DNA of 64,000 nt, from positions 9,135-73,134 of the forward strand of contig CAJWLU010000016.1 in assembly GCA_913043225.1 (NCBI GenBank). Direction: 5' to 3'. This document shows, one piece after another, positions 9,169 to 22,829 of the stretch; the stretch's first letter is position 1, and every line of letters begins with the position of its first letter. This DNA comes from an uncultured Acidobacteriota bacterium (GTDB taxonomy: Bacteria; Acidobacteriota; Vicinamibacteria; Vicinamibacterales; UBA8438). The translations under genes and the position numbers were made by a program. The notes under the pieces are model-generated. The model was not told the origin of the DNA. It saw nothing but the letters and a program-made list of their open reading frames with translations, and did not search any database.

Positions 9169-10416
9169 ATGGTCAAGAAAAGCGGTGAACCGGAGATTCT
9201 GCGCTGTTCGTTCTGTAACAAGGATCAGAACGATGTCCGCAAACTGATCGCCGGTCCGACAGTCTTCATCTGCGACGAGTGCGTCGAGGTCTGCAACGAC
9301 ATCATCGCGGACGACAACCGGTTCGAGCACCGCGGCTCCAAGTCAAGCCTCCCGGTTCCTCAAGAGATCAAGAAGTTCCTGGACGGGTACATTGTCGGCC
9401 AGGAGCAAACCAAGAAGAAGCTCTCGGTCGCCGTCTACAACCACTACAAGCGCGTCGAGATCCAGAAGCAGTCGAGCAACCGCAACGACACCGAGCTCAC
9501 CAAGGCGAACATTCTCCTGATCGGCCCGACCGGCACTGGCAAGACGCTGATGGCGCAGACGCTGGCCAGGATGCTGTCGGTGCCGTTCACCATCGTCGAT
9601 GCGACGACGCTGACCGAAGCCGGCTATGTAGGCGAGGACGTCGAGAACATCGTGCTGAAGCTGCTACAGGCCGCCGGTGGCGACATCGAGAAATGCCAGC
9701 AGGGCATTATCTACATCGATGAAATCGACAAAATCTGCCGTAAGGACGAGAACCCATCCATTACCCGGGACGTCTCGGGAGAGGGCGTGCAGCAGGCTTT
9801 GCTGAAGATCCTAGAGGGCACGGTAGCCAACGTGCCTCCACAGGGTGGCCGCAAGCACCCGCACCAGGAGTTCTTCCAGATCGACACGGCCAACGTGCTG
9901 TTCATCTGTGGGGGCGCTTTCGTTGGCCTCGAGCAGACGATCCAGCGGCGCACCGGCCGGAGGTCGCTGGGCTTCGGCGCCGACATTAAGACCGCCGACG
10001 AACGGGACCTCGGCTCGACCCTCGAAATGGTCGAGCCGGAGGATCTCATCCGCTACGGCCTCATTCCGGAGTTCGTCGGACGGCTACCGGTCATCGGCGC
10101 CCTGCACGAGCTGGACAAGCCGGCTCTGATGCAGATTCTCACCGAGCCGCGCAACGCCATCACCAAACAGTACGAGCGCCTGTTCGAGTACGAGAACGTG
10201 AAGCTCCGCTTCACCGAGGACGCACTCGAGGCGATCGCCGAGTCGGCGCTCGAGCGCAAGATCGGGGCCCGCGGGCTACGCATGATCATCGAGGCTCTGA
10301 TGCTCGACATCATGTACACGCTGCCAGGTCAGAAGAAAATCAAGGAGTGCGTCATCACCCGGGAAGTCGTACAGTCGAAGGACGATCCAATCACGGTCAT
10401 CGAGAAGGCGGGCTAG
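9169..10416 (+). CDS. clpX: ATP-dependent Clp protease ATP-binding subunit
   Basis: Zinc finger CSFC...[16 protein letters not shown] pore loop, RKH loop, LGF loop. Confidence 0.98.
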   Translation: MVKKSGEPEILRCSFCNKDQNDVRKLIAGPTVFICDECVEVCNDIIADDNRFEHRGSKSSLPVPQEIKKFLDGYIVGQEQTKKKLSVAVYNHYKRVEIQKQSSNRNDTELTKANILLIGPTGTGKTLMAQTLARMLSVPFTIVDATTLTEAGYVGEDVENIVLKLLQAAGGDIEKCQQGIIYIDEIDKICRKDENPSITRDVSGEGVQQALLKILEGTVANVPPQGGRKHPHQEFFQIDTANVLFICGGAFVGLEQTIQRRTGRRSLGFGADIKTADERDLGSTLEMVEPEDLIRYGLIPEFVGRLPVIGALHELDKPALMQILTEPRNAITKQYERLFEYENVKLRFTEDALEAIAESALERKIGARGLRMIIEALMLDIMYTLPGQKKIKECVITREVVQSKDDPITVIEKAG

Positions 10417-10467
10417 CGCACGTCTGAGACCAGCGCAGCGCACCGCACCTGAACCACCACATAACTC

Positions 10468-12852
10468 ATGGAAGTCTACGAGACTCTACCGATAGTTCCC
10501 CTGCGTGACGTCGTCGTGTTCCCGCACATGATGATGCCGTTCGTCATCGGACGACCGTCATCGACGCGAGCGCTCGAGCACGCGCTGGTGAAGGACAAAC
10601 GGATCTTCCTGGCCGCCCAGCAGGACGCGGTTACCGACGACCCGCAACCCAAGGACATCTACACGATGGGCTGCGTGGCCAACATCGTTCAGAGCCTGAA
10701 ACTCCCCGACGGCAACATCAAAGTGCTGGTCGAGGGGCTGGAGCGAGCGCGCGCGGTCGAGTGGAAAGAAGACAAGGGCTTCTACCGCGTCGTCGCCAAA
10801 CTGCTGCCGAAGCAGGACGACGTGAGCGACGATCTCGAATCGACCATGAGCAAGGCCGTCTCGCTGTTCGAGCAGTACGTCAAGCTATCGAACAACCTGC
10901 ACTACGACGCCATGATCGCGGCGGTGCGGGTCGACGACGCCAGTAAGCTCGGTGACACCATCGCCGCCCACCTCGTGGTCGGGGTGGAAGAGAAGCAGAA
11001 CCTCCTCGAGATTATCTCACCGCTCGAGCGGCTGGTGCGGATCGCCAGCCTGCTGGAAATCGAGGTCGACAAGCTTCAGGTAGACCGCCGGATCCAATCT
11101 CGCGTGAAGAAGCAGATGGAGAAGGCGCAGAAGGAGTACTACCTCAACGAGAAGATGAAGGCGATCCAGAAAGAACTGGGTCGTAAGGAAGACAAGGGTA
11201 GCGAGCTCGAGGAGCTTCGCAAGAAGATCGAAGAAGCCCGCATGCCGAAGAACGTCGAGGAGAAGGCGATCCAGGAGCTCAAGCGACTCGAGGCCATGCC
11301 TCCGATGTCGGCCGAGGCGACCGTTTCGCGCAACTACCTCGACTGGCTGATTGCGGTGCCCTGGCACAAAAAGTCGCGCGAAAGCCGCAACCTCGAGAAA
11401 GCCGAAGAGATTCTCAACCAGGACCACTACGGTCTCGAGAAGATCAAAGATCGGATCCTCGAATTCCTCGCGGTGCGCACCCTCGTCCGCAAGCCTAAGG
11501 GCACCATCCTAACGCTGTCTGGTCCGCCGGGAGTCGGCAAGACATCGCTGGCGAAGTCAATCGCTAGAGCCACCAACCGTAAGTTCGTGCGGCTGTCGGT
11601 CGGCGGTGTCCGCGACGAGGCGGAGATTCGGGGGCATCGGCGCACCTACATCGGCGCCTTCCCCGGCCAGATCATCCAAATGATGAAGAAGGCCGGCACG
11701 ATGAACCCGGTCTTCCTTCTCGACGAAGTCGACAAGATGTCAATGGACTTCCGCGGCGACCCTTCTGCCGCGCTGCTCGAGGTACTGGATCCAGAACAGA
11801 ACCACACGTTCCTTGACCACTACCTGGACGTGGAATACGACCTGTCGAACATCATGTTCATCTGTACCGCCAACGTCCTGCACACCGTGCCGCAGGCGTT
11901 GCGGGACCGGATGGAGGTGCTGCAGCTCGCCGGATACACCGAGCTCGAGAAGATCGAGATCGCCCGCACCTTCCTAGCGCCCAAGGCGGTGAAAGCCACC
12001 GGGCTGACCGACAAGAACATCCAGTTCAAGGACGAGGCGTTCGAGACGGTCATCCGACGCTACACGCGTGAGGCGGGTGTCCGGAACCTCGAGCGAGAGA
12101 TCAATGCGCTGTGCCGGAAGGTGGCGCGCAAGGTGGTGGCCGAGGGTAAGCAGTTCTCGGAAGGGATCACTGCCGAGAAGATCACCGAGCATCTGGGCGT
12201 GCCCCGCTATCGGCCGCAGATGGCCGAAGAGAAGAACGAGGTCGGGATTGCCACCGGACTAGCGTGGACGGAGGCTGGCGGCGAGCTGCTGCTCACCGAA
12301 TCCACGCTGATGCCAGGCAAGGGCCGGCTGACGCTGACCGGCAAGCTCGGCGACGTAATGCAGGAATCGGCGCAGGCCGCCATGAGCTATGTGCGGTCAA
12401 GGGCCGCCGCGTTCGGCATCGACAAGAACTTCCACCGCCGCACCGACGTCCACGTGCACGTACCCGAAGGCGCCATCCCCAAGGACGGTCCGTCGGCCGG
12501 AATCACACTGGCCACGGCGCTGGTCTCGAACCTGTCAAACATACCCACGCGTCGAGACGTGGCGATGACCGGCGAGATCACGCTCCGCGGAAAGGTGCTC
12601 CCGATCGGTGGAGTCAAGGAGAAGGTGCTGGCCGCACACCGCGCCGGGGTCAAGACGATCATCCTGCCCAAGGACAACGAGAAGGACCTCGCCGACATCC
12701 CGAAGGCGGTGCTCGACGTCATGGAGCTACACCTGGTGGAATTCATGGACGAGGTACTGCGGATAGCGATGGCCAAGCCGCTAACGGGTCTTCTGGCCGC
12801 CGAACAGACCGAGACCGAGAACACCGCCAGCGACGACACGGTGACACACTAG
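10468..12852 (+). CDS. lon: Lon protease
   Basis: LON N-domain (PLRDVVVFP), [13 protein letters not shown], catalytic PKDGPSAG and IGGVKEK. Confidence 0.98.
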   Translation: MEVYETLPIVPLRDVVVFPHMMMPFVIGRPSSTRALEHALVKDKRIFLAAQQDAVTDDPQPKDIYTMGCVANIVQSLKLPDGNIKVLVEGLERARAVEWKEDKGFYRVVAKLLPKQDDVSDDLESTMSKAVSLFEQYVKLSNNLHYDAMIAAVRVDDASKLGDTIAAHLVVGVEEKQNLLEIISPLERLVRIASLLEIEVDKLQVDRRIQSRVKKQMEKAQKEYYLNEKMKAIQKELGRKEDKGSELEELRKKIEEARMPKNVEEKAIQELKRLEAMPPMSAEATVSRNYLDWLIAVPWHKKSRESRNLEKAEEILNQDHYGLEKIKDRILEFLAVRTLVRKPKGTILTLSGPPGVGKTSLAKSIARATNRKFVRLSVGGVRDEAEIRGHRRTYIGAFPGQIIQMMKKAGTMNPVFLLDEVDKMSMDFRGDPSAALLEVLDPEQNHTFLDHYLDVEYDLSNIMFICTANVLHTVPQALRDRMEVLQLAGYTELEKIEIARTFLAPKAVKATGLTDKNIQFKDEAFETVIRRYTREAGVRNLEREINALCRKVARKVVAEGKQFSEGITAEKITEHLGVPRYRPQMAEEKNEVGIATGLAWTEAGGELLLTESTLMPGKGRLTLTGKLGDVMQESAQAAMSYVRSRAAAFGIDKNFHRRTDVHVHVPEGAIPKDGPSAGITLATALVSNLSNIPTRRDVAMTGEITLRGKVLPIGGVKEKVLAAHRAGVKTIILPKDNEKDLADIPKAVLDVMELHLVEFMDEVLRIAMAKPLTGLLAAEQTETENTASDDTVTH

Positions 12853-12902
12853 GGCGGACCTCGGGTCCGCCGGCCCCGACCTCCAGGCGCTCGAGAAGGC
12901 GA

Positions 12903-13523
12903 ATGAAGCTCCTCTCTGCTGAGTTCGTTACAAGCGTCGGACCGGCCAGCCCGCTTCCGGTGACCCAGCTGCCGCAAGTGGCTCTGGTAGGTCGATCGAA
13001 CGTCGGCAAATCCACCCTTATCAACGCGTTAGCTAAAAAGAAGATCGCGCGAGCCGGTGGGGCGCCTGGCACCACCCGGTTGCTCAACGTCTACCAGTTT
13101 GAGCTGGCAAAGAACCGCGGTAACCTGCTGTTAATCGATCTCCCAGGTTACGGCTACGCGCGTGGACGGGACGCCGCCGCCCAGGAGTTCGCGGAGCTAA
13201 CTGGGCGCTACTTCCAGGCCGATCTGCGAGAAGAGGAGCTCGACCGCCCCGGTCAGGTCGGCCCGGCAGGTGCGGTGCTGCTCGTCGACGGTCGGCATCC
13301 CGGGCTGGACCGCGATCGAGAGGCGCTCGAGTGGCTGATCGGGCTCGATCTGCCGATGATCGTGGCCGCGACTAAGATGGACCGACTCAAGCGGTCGCAG
13401 CGTCTTAAGGTCGTGAAGCAACACGAAACCGCTCTGGGGACGGGCGTGTTACCGATCTCCGCACCAAAAGGGGATGGTTTGGGACCGTTTTGGATGGCCC
13501 TGTTAGGTCTGGCTAGACTCTAG
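12903..13523 (+). CDS. engB: Ribosome biogenesis GTPase EngB/YsxC
   Basis: G1 GRSNVGKS, PGTT, G3 DLPGYG, G4 TKMD. Start ATG 12903; follows lon as usual. Confidence 0.93.
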   Translation: MKLLSAEFVTSVGPASPLPVTQLPQVALVGRSNVGKSTLINALAKKKIARAGGAPGTTRLLNVYQFELAKNRGNLLLIDLPGYGYARGRDAAAQEFAELTGRYFQADLREEELDRPGQVGPAGAVLLVDGRHPGLDRDREALEWLIGLDLPMIVAATKMDRLKRSQRLKVVKQHETALGTGVLPISAPKGDGLGPFWMALLGLARL

Positions 13524-13539
13524 CGTCTGTCATCCCCTC

Positions 13540-13548
13540 TGCTATAAT
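13540..13548 (+). promoter_or_regulatory. Extended -10 promoter (TGcTATAAT) for rpmE
   Basis: Perfect TATAAT with TG extension 32 nt before the rpmE GTG; GAGGAG SD downstream. Confidence 0.65.
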
Positions 13549-13580
13549 GGGAGTTTAAGGCAGGCGAAGAGGAGCACACG

Positions 13581-13889
13581 GTGAAGGAAGGTATCCATCC
13601 GGAGTATTTCGAGACTGAGGCGCGCTGCGCCTGCGGAGCCACCTGGAAGACACGGTCGACCAAGGAGGAGCTCCGGCTCGAGATCTGCTCCAGCTGCCAC
13701 CCTTTCTTCACTGGTAAGCAGAAGCTGATCGACACCGAGGGTCGTGTCGAGCGGTTCACGAAGAAGTACGGCAAGCAGACGGTCGCCGGTCTCAAGGAGC
13801 GCCAACAAAAGCTCAAGAAGGCCGGGACCCCGCCGCCCACTCCCGATCCAGAATCCGCCCCCGCAGAGACCGAGTCGTCCGCCGGCTAG
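13581..13889 (+). CDS. rpmE: 50S ribosomal protein L31 (zinc-binding C+ type)
   Basis: [29 protein letters not shown]. Confidence 0.97.
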   Translation: MKEGIHPEYFETEARCACGATWKTRSTKEELRLEICSSCHPFFTGKQKLIDTEGRVERFTKKYGKQTVAGLKERQQKLKKAGTPPPTPDPESAPAETESSAG

Positions 13890-15151
13890 GCTCCGTTTCC
13901 TGCAACCGACAGTCGGCGCTTGAGTCGACTCAGCCGTTTCTCGCCGTCGCGCAGTCGGTGTCTGGTGCGCTCGCCGTCGTACGCCCGCCGGGCAAAATCA
14001 AGCGCCTGACGAGTGTCCTTCACGCGATGCTCGTTGTGGATAGCCAGGGCTCTGAGCGCCTCTCGTTCGAGGGCGCCGGTCGGACGCCCCAGATCGACCA
14101 GTTTCGCCCAGACTTCGGCCGCTTCGTCGTAGCGTCGCTGCCGGCGCAACGCTGAGGCGACCCGGGACAACGCCTCGGCCTGTAGGTCCGAGTGCACCGG
14201 CCACGGCGCGGTCGTCTGCGCCCCCTCGGCGAGCCGCTCGTAGCAGTCCACAGCCCGCCGCCGCTCCCCCGCCCGCTCGAACACGCGTCCGAGGCCTAGA
14301 CACTGTTGTGCGTCGTCGGCTTCATCTGGCCCGCCGTCCACCAGCCGACAGGCCAACCCGGTGAGGATCCCGAGCGACACCAGATCAAGCTGATTGTGGA
14401 GCAGTACGCCCTTGAGCGGCGCCGGGTCACTGGTGCGGAGGTAGCGAAAGTACAGAGCTGGAATCTCGGCGCCAGGCACATCGTCGGGGCGGTGGACGCC
14501 AAGCATGCGATGCTCGAGCACGCTCAGCCCTCCAGTGTCTGGTCCCCAAAATCGGCGTGCCGGATGCAGCAGATCCAGATGGCGAACACCCGGCATCGGG
14601 GTCTCGAGCCGATGATAGAGCCACCGCATCTCCATAAATGGCACATCGAAGCTCTTGCCATTGAAGGTGACCAGCGTATGGGCACGGGCCACCGCCTCAC
14701 TCACCGCAGCCAGCAGGCCACGCTCGCTGGCGAAGCTGGGCAGCACGAACTGCCAGGTGTGGAACCGCCCCCCCTCGAAGCACCCGAATCCGACCACGAA
14801 CGCCACCGTGCCAGACCCGCCGCTAAGCCCCGTGGTCTCAAGGTCGAAACAGACCAGGCCGTCTATCGGTTCCAGCCCGGTCCAGGACGCCGGGGCGCCG
14901 CCAGACAGAGTCTGCAGTCCGGTCTCGGTGACCTCCCGAGACGCCTCGGACAACTGCTCGCCGTAGAGACCCTCCAGCTCGGTACCATCGAACCATCGCC
15001 GCACCACCGCACACGGCCCAAGGGTGCCCTGCTCGAGGCCGGCGCCCACCCGTGCCGCGAACACTTCGAGGTCAACCACCACCGAGGACGGCCGCAGCGA
15101 CGGCGCTTCCGCTTCCCCTCTAAGCACGGCCCGCAGACGCGCCAGATCCAT
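13886..15151 (-). CDS. MrfB/YprB-like DEDD exonuclease (RNase_H_2) with C-terminal TPR region
   Basis: FDLETTG, FNGKSFD, HLDLLH, DDVPG, HNQLD. ATG at 15151 overlaps the helicase stop (TGATG), indicating translational coupling. Confidence 0.87.
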   Translation of the reverse strand: MDLARLRAVLRGEAEAPSLRPSSVVVDLEVFAARVGAGLEQGTLGPCAVVRRWFDGTELEGLYGEQLSEASREVTETGLQTLSGGAPASWTGLEPIDGLVCFDLETTGLSGGSGTVAFVVGFGCFEGGRFHTWQFVLPSFASERGLLAAVSEAVARAHTLVTFNGKSFDVPFMEMRWLYHRLETPMPGVRHLDLLHPARRFWGPDTGGLSVLEHRMLGVHRPDDVPGAEIPALYFRYLRTSDPAPLKGVLLHNQLDLVSLGILTGLACRLVDGGPDEADDAQQCLGLGRVFERAGERRRAVDCYERLAEGAQTTAPWPVHSDLQAEALSRVASALRRQRRYDEAAEVWAKLVDLGRPTGALEREALRALAIHNEHRVKDTRQALDFARRAYDGERTRHRLRDGEKRLSRLKRRLSVAGNGA

Positions 15152-17595
15152 CACGAGCCACCGGCTAGATCGGTCGCTGCCTGCACCCCGAGTCCCTCGA
15201 GGATCGCCAACGCCACGGTCTTCGCCAACGGGCCTGTCTGTCCGATCGGGCCCACACACGCCGGACAACCGGTGTCGCACGGGCACTGCTCGATCAGTTG
15301 CCTCGTGTGCGACAGCAGCGGCTCGTTCAGCCCGAAGAGCGGCTCGCTGAAGCCGATGCCCCCCGGGTAGTTGTCGTAGATGAAGATCGTCGGCTCTTCG
15401 CTCTCGGCCGCAGCGTCGGTATAGGCTCGACGCGGCGGCGCCTGCCCGTCGGCCCCACGAATCGCCAGCCCGATATCGTGGCGATCGCACATCAGAAGCA
15501 GCTGCGCCACCTGGCGGAGTGCGAAGCCAAGCCCGACCACCCCGTCCCGCCGACCGTCTCCCTCGAAACCGAGCCCATCGAGATAGGGACGGGTCAACTC
15601 GAGCCAGTAGGCGGTGGTATGCATCTCCTGCTCAGGCAGCTCCAGTTCGCCCGAACCAACGTTCTCGTTGGAGTAGAACTTGATCTTCTTGAAGCCGACA
15701 ACGCGCGACACCACGTGCACTTCGCCGTGACATCCGGCCGCGGCCGGCAGAGCCAAGGGCAGCCGGTCAAACTCGTCCAGGATGGTCACCTTCGTATAGG
15801 TAATGGCATCGGTGTAGTAGTCGCTGTCAACCGGTCGCACGTACGCCTTACGCTGATCGAAATCGAAGCGAACCACTTGATACTGACGCCCCTCGACCAA
15901 GTAGATCGCCTGCTCGTAGAGCGTGGAGGTCGCGGCGCTGAAGTCGACCTCGCCGATGATACGGGTATCGTCGGCAGTATCGACCACTACGAAATTATCC
16001 GACGAGACCGAACGGAGGCTGACCGCATCGGCCGGGTAGGACTCGTGCAGCCAGTGCCATCGGTCGTCAACCAGATCGACGAATCCTTCTTCGCGCAGGA
16101 GCCCAAGCACCGCCTGCACATCCTCCCCTCCGAACTGCTCGTCGCGTGCGAAGGGCAACTCGAAGGCGGCACACTTGATGTGGTCGAGCAGGATTTGGAG
16201 GTTATCTGGGTTGACGAGCGCATGCTCCGGAGACGCCTCGAAGAAATACTCCGGGTGCTGCACCATGAACTGATCCACCGGAGCACTACTCGCCACCATG
16301 ATGGCGGCCGAGCACGTGCTCCTCCGTCCGGCACGACCGGCACGCTGCCAGCTGGCCGCGATGGTGCCCGGATAGCCAGCCATGATGCAAACGTCGAGCG
16401 CGCCGATGTCGATACCGAGTTCCAACGCATTGGTCGACACCACGCCGGTCACCGTGCCCGCCCGCAGACCCTGCTCGATCTCGCGGCGCCGGAGGGGCAG
16501 ATAGCCCCCACGGTACCCTCGGATAGCGTCTGGCCCTCCGGGTAGACGTCGACCGGCATCCTTCAAATAGGTGGTCAGCACCTCGGTCGTCAGGCGACTC
16601 TGGGCGAACACGATCACCTGCAACCGTCGTTTCAAGAACTCGATCGCCAACCGCCGAACCTCGGAGACGTACGACCGGCGGATGCCGAGCTGCGGATTGA
16701 TCACCGGCGGGTTCACCAGCGCGAAGATCTTCTCGCCCCGGGGCGCGCCGTTCTGGGCCACCAGGGAGAACGTCTCTCCGGCCAAGCCCTCGGCCAGCTC
16801 CTTGGGATTGGCGATGGTCGCCGACGAGCAGATAAAGGTTGGCGTCGATCCGTAGTGGGCACACACGCGACGCAGCCGCCGAAGAATGTTGGCCAAGTGG
16901 CTTCCGAAGACGCCTCGATAGGCATGCAGCTCGTCGATGACCACGTAGCGCAGGTTCTCGAACAGCTTCGCCCAGCGCGGGTGGTGCGGCAGGATGGCCG
17001 AGTGGAGCATATCTGGATTGGAGAGCACCAGATGCGCCCGGCTGCGTACGGCTCGTCGCGCATCCTGAGGCGTATCGCCGTCGTAGGTGAACGCGCCAAT
17101 CGATAGATGCGGCTCGAGGCGATCGGTCAGCGTGAGCAGTTCGGCCAGCTGGTCTTGGGCCAGCGCCTTTGTCGGATAAAGGTACAGAGCGCGTGTCGCC
17201 GGACTCTCGAGAATGGTGCTCAGAATCGGCGCGTTGTAGCAGAACGTCTTCCCGGACGCCGTGGGCGTGACCACCACCACGTGGCGACCCTCCAGCGCGT
17301 GGGCCATCGCCTCAGCCTGATGGGTATAGGGGCGGTGAATGCCTCCCTCGGCCAGCGCCTCTCGGAGCCGGGTATCGATGGCAGCTGGATAGTCGGAGTA
17401 TTTCGCAGCGATGGCAGGGAAACGGCGCCACGTGGTGACCAGTTCGTCATCCACGGCCACCGAAGCCAAGTCGTCGTTCTGAGGCGCCGGAACAAGCCGC
17501 TCGAGCGCGGCGAGGACGGCGGCTTCGCGCTGCCCCCCGGACAGCGCAGGCTGCTCAGCAGAACCGACTGGACCGACGAGAGGCGCTCCCCGCAT
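15151..17595 (-). CDS. MrfA/YprA (Hrq1/SftH-like) DEAH-box helicase with DUF1998
   Basis: PTASGKT, YPTKALAQDQ, DELH, SATIANP, TNALELGIDIG, QRAGRAGR; C-terminal LMCD...CPCDTGCPAC four-Cys motif. Confidence 0.92.
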   Translation of the reverse strand: MRGAPLVGPVGSAEQPALSGGQREAAVLAALERLVPAPQNDDLASVAVDDELVTTWRRFPAIAAKYSDYPAAIDTRLREALAEGGIHRPYTHQAEAMAHALEGRHVVVVTPTASGKTFCYNAPILSTILESPATRALYLYPTKALAQDQLAELLTLTDRLEPHLSIGAFTYDGDTPQDARRAVRSRAHLVLSNPDMLHSAILPHHPRWAKLFENLRYVVIDELHAYRGVFGSHLANILRRLRRVCAHYGSTPTFICSSATIANPKELAEGLAGETFSLVAQNGAPRGEKIFALVNPPVINPQLGIRRSYVSEVRRLAIEFLKRRLQVIVFAQSRLTTEVLTTYLKDAGRRLPGGPDAIRGYRGGYLPLRRREIEQGLRAGTVTGVVSTNALELGIDIGALDVCIMAGYPGTIAASWQRAGRAGRRSTCSAAIMVASSAPVDQFMVQHPEYFFEASPEHALVNPDNLQILLDHIKCAAFELPFARDEQFGGEDVQAVLGLLREEGFVDLVDDRWHWLHESYPADAVSLRSVSSDNFVVVDTADDTRIIGEVDFSAATSTLYEQAIYLVEGRQYQVVRFDFDQRKAYVRPVDSDYYTDAITYTKVTILDEFDRLPLALPAAAGCHGEVHVVSRVVGFKKIKFYSNENVGSGELELPEQEMHTTAYWLELTRPYLDGLGFEGDGRRDGVVGLGFALRQVAQLLLMCDRHDIGLAIRGADGQAPPRRAYTDAAAESEEPTIFIYDNYPGGIGFSEPLFGLNEPLLSHTRQLIEQCPCDTGCPACVGPIGQTGPLAKTVALAILEGLGVQAATDLAGGS

Positions 17596-17603
17596 GCCCG
17601 GGG

Positions 17604-17650
17604 ATCGTAACAGGCGAAATAAAAGCGATCAACAGGCGATAAAAGAGCAA
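17604..17650 (-). promoter_or_regulatory. mrfAB promoter (TTGATC-N17-TACGAT) overlapped by four 11-bp-spaced GCGA/GCAA direct repeats
   Basis: Plus-strand GCGA at 17614, 17625, 17636 and GCAA at 17647 with A-rich spacers; -35 at 17632-17627, -10 at 17609-17604. Confidence 0.6.
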
Positions 17651-17657
17651 ATCTTAC

Positions 17658-18437
17658 TCAGAATTGTGCTTTTGATTGGCAGCCGTCAACCGTGACGCAG
17701 GCGCCGCTGACCCAGCTAGCGCGCGACGATGCGAGAAACGCGACGACATCACCCACTTCGTGGTCGCGGCCAAACCGGCCGAACGGGAGCTCGCGCTCGA
17801 CGAACTTGGCCATCCCCTTGGGGTCTTCCGCCTGACGCTTGGCCCACGAACCACCAGGGAACGAGATCGATCCTGGCGCGACGCTGTTGACCCGGATGCC
17901 GTCCTTGGCAAGCTGCTGGGCTAGCGACTTACCCAGGCTGATCTCGGCCGCCTTGACGGCGTTGTAGGTCATGCGGCCACCCGACTCGCGGCCCCAGATG
18001 GATGCGACCATGATAATCACTCCGCCGCCCCGATGCCGCAAATGAGGCACAGTCAATCGCGATGCCCAGATCGCCGGGTGGAGCGTCTGGTCGAGCGCCG
18101 CCTGCCACTCGTCGTCAGTGGTCTCGAGCAGCCCGCTGCCGCCGGCCTTGCCGACGTTGTTCACCAGAATGTCGATGCCACCGAAGGTCTGCACGGTCTC
18201 GTTCACCGCCGTTTCGACGCCGGCCAACGTACTCAGGTCGGCCTGGACGCCGAGGACGTGGCCGTCGCCTCCGGCTAGCGTCCTGAGCTCGGCCTCGGCT
18301 TCGCGCAGGCGTTCTTCACCTCGACCGGTAACGCAAACCCTGGCGCCTTCGGTAACGAGCGAACGCGCGCTTGCAAGGCCTAGTCCGCGGCTCGACCCGG
18401 TTATAAGAGCAACCTTTTCAGTGAGTTGGAGATCCAT
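17658..18437 (-). CDS. SDR family NAD(P)-dependent oxidoreductase
   Basis: TGSSRGLG, ILVNNVG, catalytic YNAVK, IRVNSVAPG. Confidence 0.93.
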   Translation of the reverse strand: MDLQLTEKVALITGSSRGLGLASARSLVTEGARVCVTGRGEERLREAEAELRTLAGGDGHVLGVQADLSTLAGVETAVNETVQTFGGIDILVNNVGKAGGSGLLETTDDEWQAALDQTLHPAIWASRLTVPHLRHRGGGVIIMVASIWGRESGGRMTYNAVKAAEISLGKSLAQQLAKDGIRVNSVAPGSISFPGGSWAKRQAEDPKGMAKFVERELPFGRFGRDHEVGDVVAFLASSRASWVSGACVTVDGCQSKAQF

Positions 18438-18446
18438 AAACGCCCG

Positions 18447-19256
18447 TTAGCGCGGTGGCCCGCCGGTGAGATCGTTCAACCGCCAGTCGAAGTCGATGTA
18501 GCGCAGCCGGAAGGTGTTCTGTTCGAGAAAGGCCTGCTCGCTCGGAAAGAGCGCTGGCTTGATGAGCTCGACAATGGCGCGCTCGAGTGCAGTTCTGTTG
18601 GGATCGCCAATGGTCGGCGCCACCGCTTCGAATTGGCTCGACCGCCAGCCGAGCACCGCGTTCACTCCGACCTCGTCGCCAGTCCGGTCGAGGGTCACGT
18701 GTCTCGGCGTGGTGGCAAAGTCCTCCATCACGGCCTGAAGCTGGGTTTCCAGCCGATTGTCTCGAAACGCCTCGCTGCGCAACCGGGGACTGCCGGCCGC
18801 GCCACGCCCGAGCGCGAGGGTGGCGCGCGGGTCGCCAAACGACGCCACCTCGTTCTCGATCGCCTCCAGGGTCATCCGCCGTCCGGCGATAAGATGCTCG
18901 CGTCCGGTAAACATCCCTGGGATGTTCATGACACTGTTGGTCGGAAACTCGGCCGACGCGCCCTGAATCGGGTAGTGATCGATGACGGTCCGCAGAACGA
19001 GTGCGTTGTAGCCGTTAATCCAGTACGCGAGGCGCCGGTCGCTTGACCACGCTTCGAACGCCTGGGGCTTGTCGGCCAGCGACTGTATGAAGCGGTCGAT
19101 CGCATGCCGCTCGATCCGGAGCGCGGCATAGTAGACGAGACCGTCTCGCACGTACTGGTCGAGAATCTCGTCCAACGCACTCGCCGCCAGTCCCTGAGCC
19201 CGAGCCTCCACCGGAACGAAACTGGCCAGACTGCACACCAAGAGGGGCGCCAGCAC
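18447..19256 (-). CDS. Secreted DUF547-domain protein
   Basis: Signal-peptide-like N-terminus, GLVYY, RLAYWINGYNALV, SPRLRSEAF, C-terminal FDWRLND. Start approximate (GTG 19256). Confidence 0.78.
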   Translation of the reverse strand: MLAPLLVCSLASFVPVEARAQGLAASALDEILDQYVRDGLVYYAALRIERHAIDRFIQSLADKPQAFEAWSSDRRLAYWINGYNALVLRTVIDHYPIQGASAEFPTNSVMNIPGMFTGREHLIAGRRMTLEAIENEVASFGDPRATLALGRGAAGSPRLRSEAFRDNRLETQLQAVMEDFATTPRHVTLDRTGDEVGVNAVLGWRSSQFEAVAPTIGDPNRTALERAIVELIKPALFPSEQAFLEQNTFRLRYIDFDWRLNDLTGGPPR

Positions 19257-19318
19257 GGACCGGCGATACCGGGTACGGCAATTGGGCGATTCGGACACGG
19301 AGACGCATAATACCCCAC

Positions 19319-19702
19319 GTGCTAACCGCAGCGACCTTGGGGATGGCCGGCTACGGCCTCTACTCCGTCGGGGCGGGTTTGACAGATCTGCTGGGCGCTT
19401 CACGCCTCGAATGGCAGGTAAACCTAGCATTGGTCGTGCTCGGCGTGATGCTGGTGCTGGGCGGCCTCTTCGTAAGGGTCCGGATGCCCGGCAGCCTCGC
19501 CCTATCGCTTGCGGCGCTCTTCGGCCTACAGTCGCTCGCCCTCCACAACGCGGGACACCTCTACGGCCAGATCGCCCCTGAGCCGCAGATCGCCCGCGCG
19601 GTGTTTGCGGTGACGCTGATCGCGCTGGCCTACTTCGGCAAGCTCGCGGAGGTAGACGGACGGAACTCAGCGAACGACAGCCAGAAGCCAGGAGAAGCCT
19701 GA
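19319..19702 (+). CDS. Small membrane protein (about 4 TM), unknown function
   Basis: Four hydrophobic segments; CATAAT 7 nt before the GTG; fills the gap between flanking genes. Confidence 0.65.
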   Translation: MLTAATLGMAGYGLYSVGAGLTDLLGASRLEWQVNLALVVLGVMLVLGGLFVRVRMPGSLALSLAALFGLQSLALHNAGHLYGQIAPEPQIARAVFAVTLIALAYFGKLAEVDGRNSANDSQKPGEA

Positions 19703-19784
19703 CTCTCCGTGTACGAAGCATGGGCCGGACGGCAAACACCGCCCGGCCCGATTCTATCTCCAGACTACTGTGTACTTGCGGGCG

Positions 19785-22556
<2,772 letters not shown>

Positions 22557-22735
22557 GTAGCAACTCCTTCCGAACGGAGGACACGAAGACGTGTCATTCA
22601 ACGAATCCGGGACTGTGCCCGGGGGATTGTGGGACCCCGCCGCACTGCGCAATTCCGTGACGAATTGTGCCAGATATCCGGCGTATGCCCAGGTCGCCTA
22701 CTATGGACCCAGCTGTCGGTGTTGTCAAGCGATAG

Positions 22736-22783
22736 CCACTACATGTTGTGGTTTTGTTTTAGGTCAATCGCAATATATTGTGA
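22736..22783. promoter_or_regulatory. Tandem NrdR boxes upstream of nrdJ
   Basis: CCACTACATGTTGTGG (22736-22751) and TCGCAATATATTGTGA (22768-22783) match acaCwAtATaTwGtg and start 32 bp apart; minus-strand TTGACA at 22728-22723. Confidence 0.85.
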
Positions 22784-22829
22784 GTGTGACTAGAAAAATC
22801 GCCTATTTCTGCTGTGTTAGAGTCCGCCC

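Noticed and set aside
12264..12902. Long N-terminal extensions in the ORF track (engB from 12264, ECF from 59994, DUF547 from 19739, mrfB from 15490, tmk from 59590)
   Set aside because: They overlap neighbouring real genes and are Arg/Pro-rich; family similarity starts at the downstream start codons used here.
13886..17595. DUF1998 helicase as a DISARM/Druantia-type defence system
   Set aside because: No methylase, PLD or other defence partners; the partner is the YprB/MrfB nuclease of the repair-type pair.
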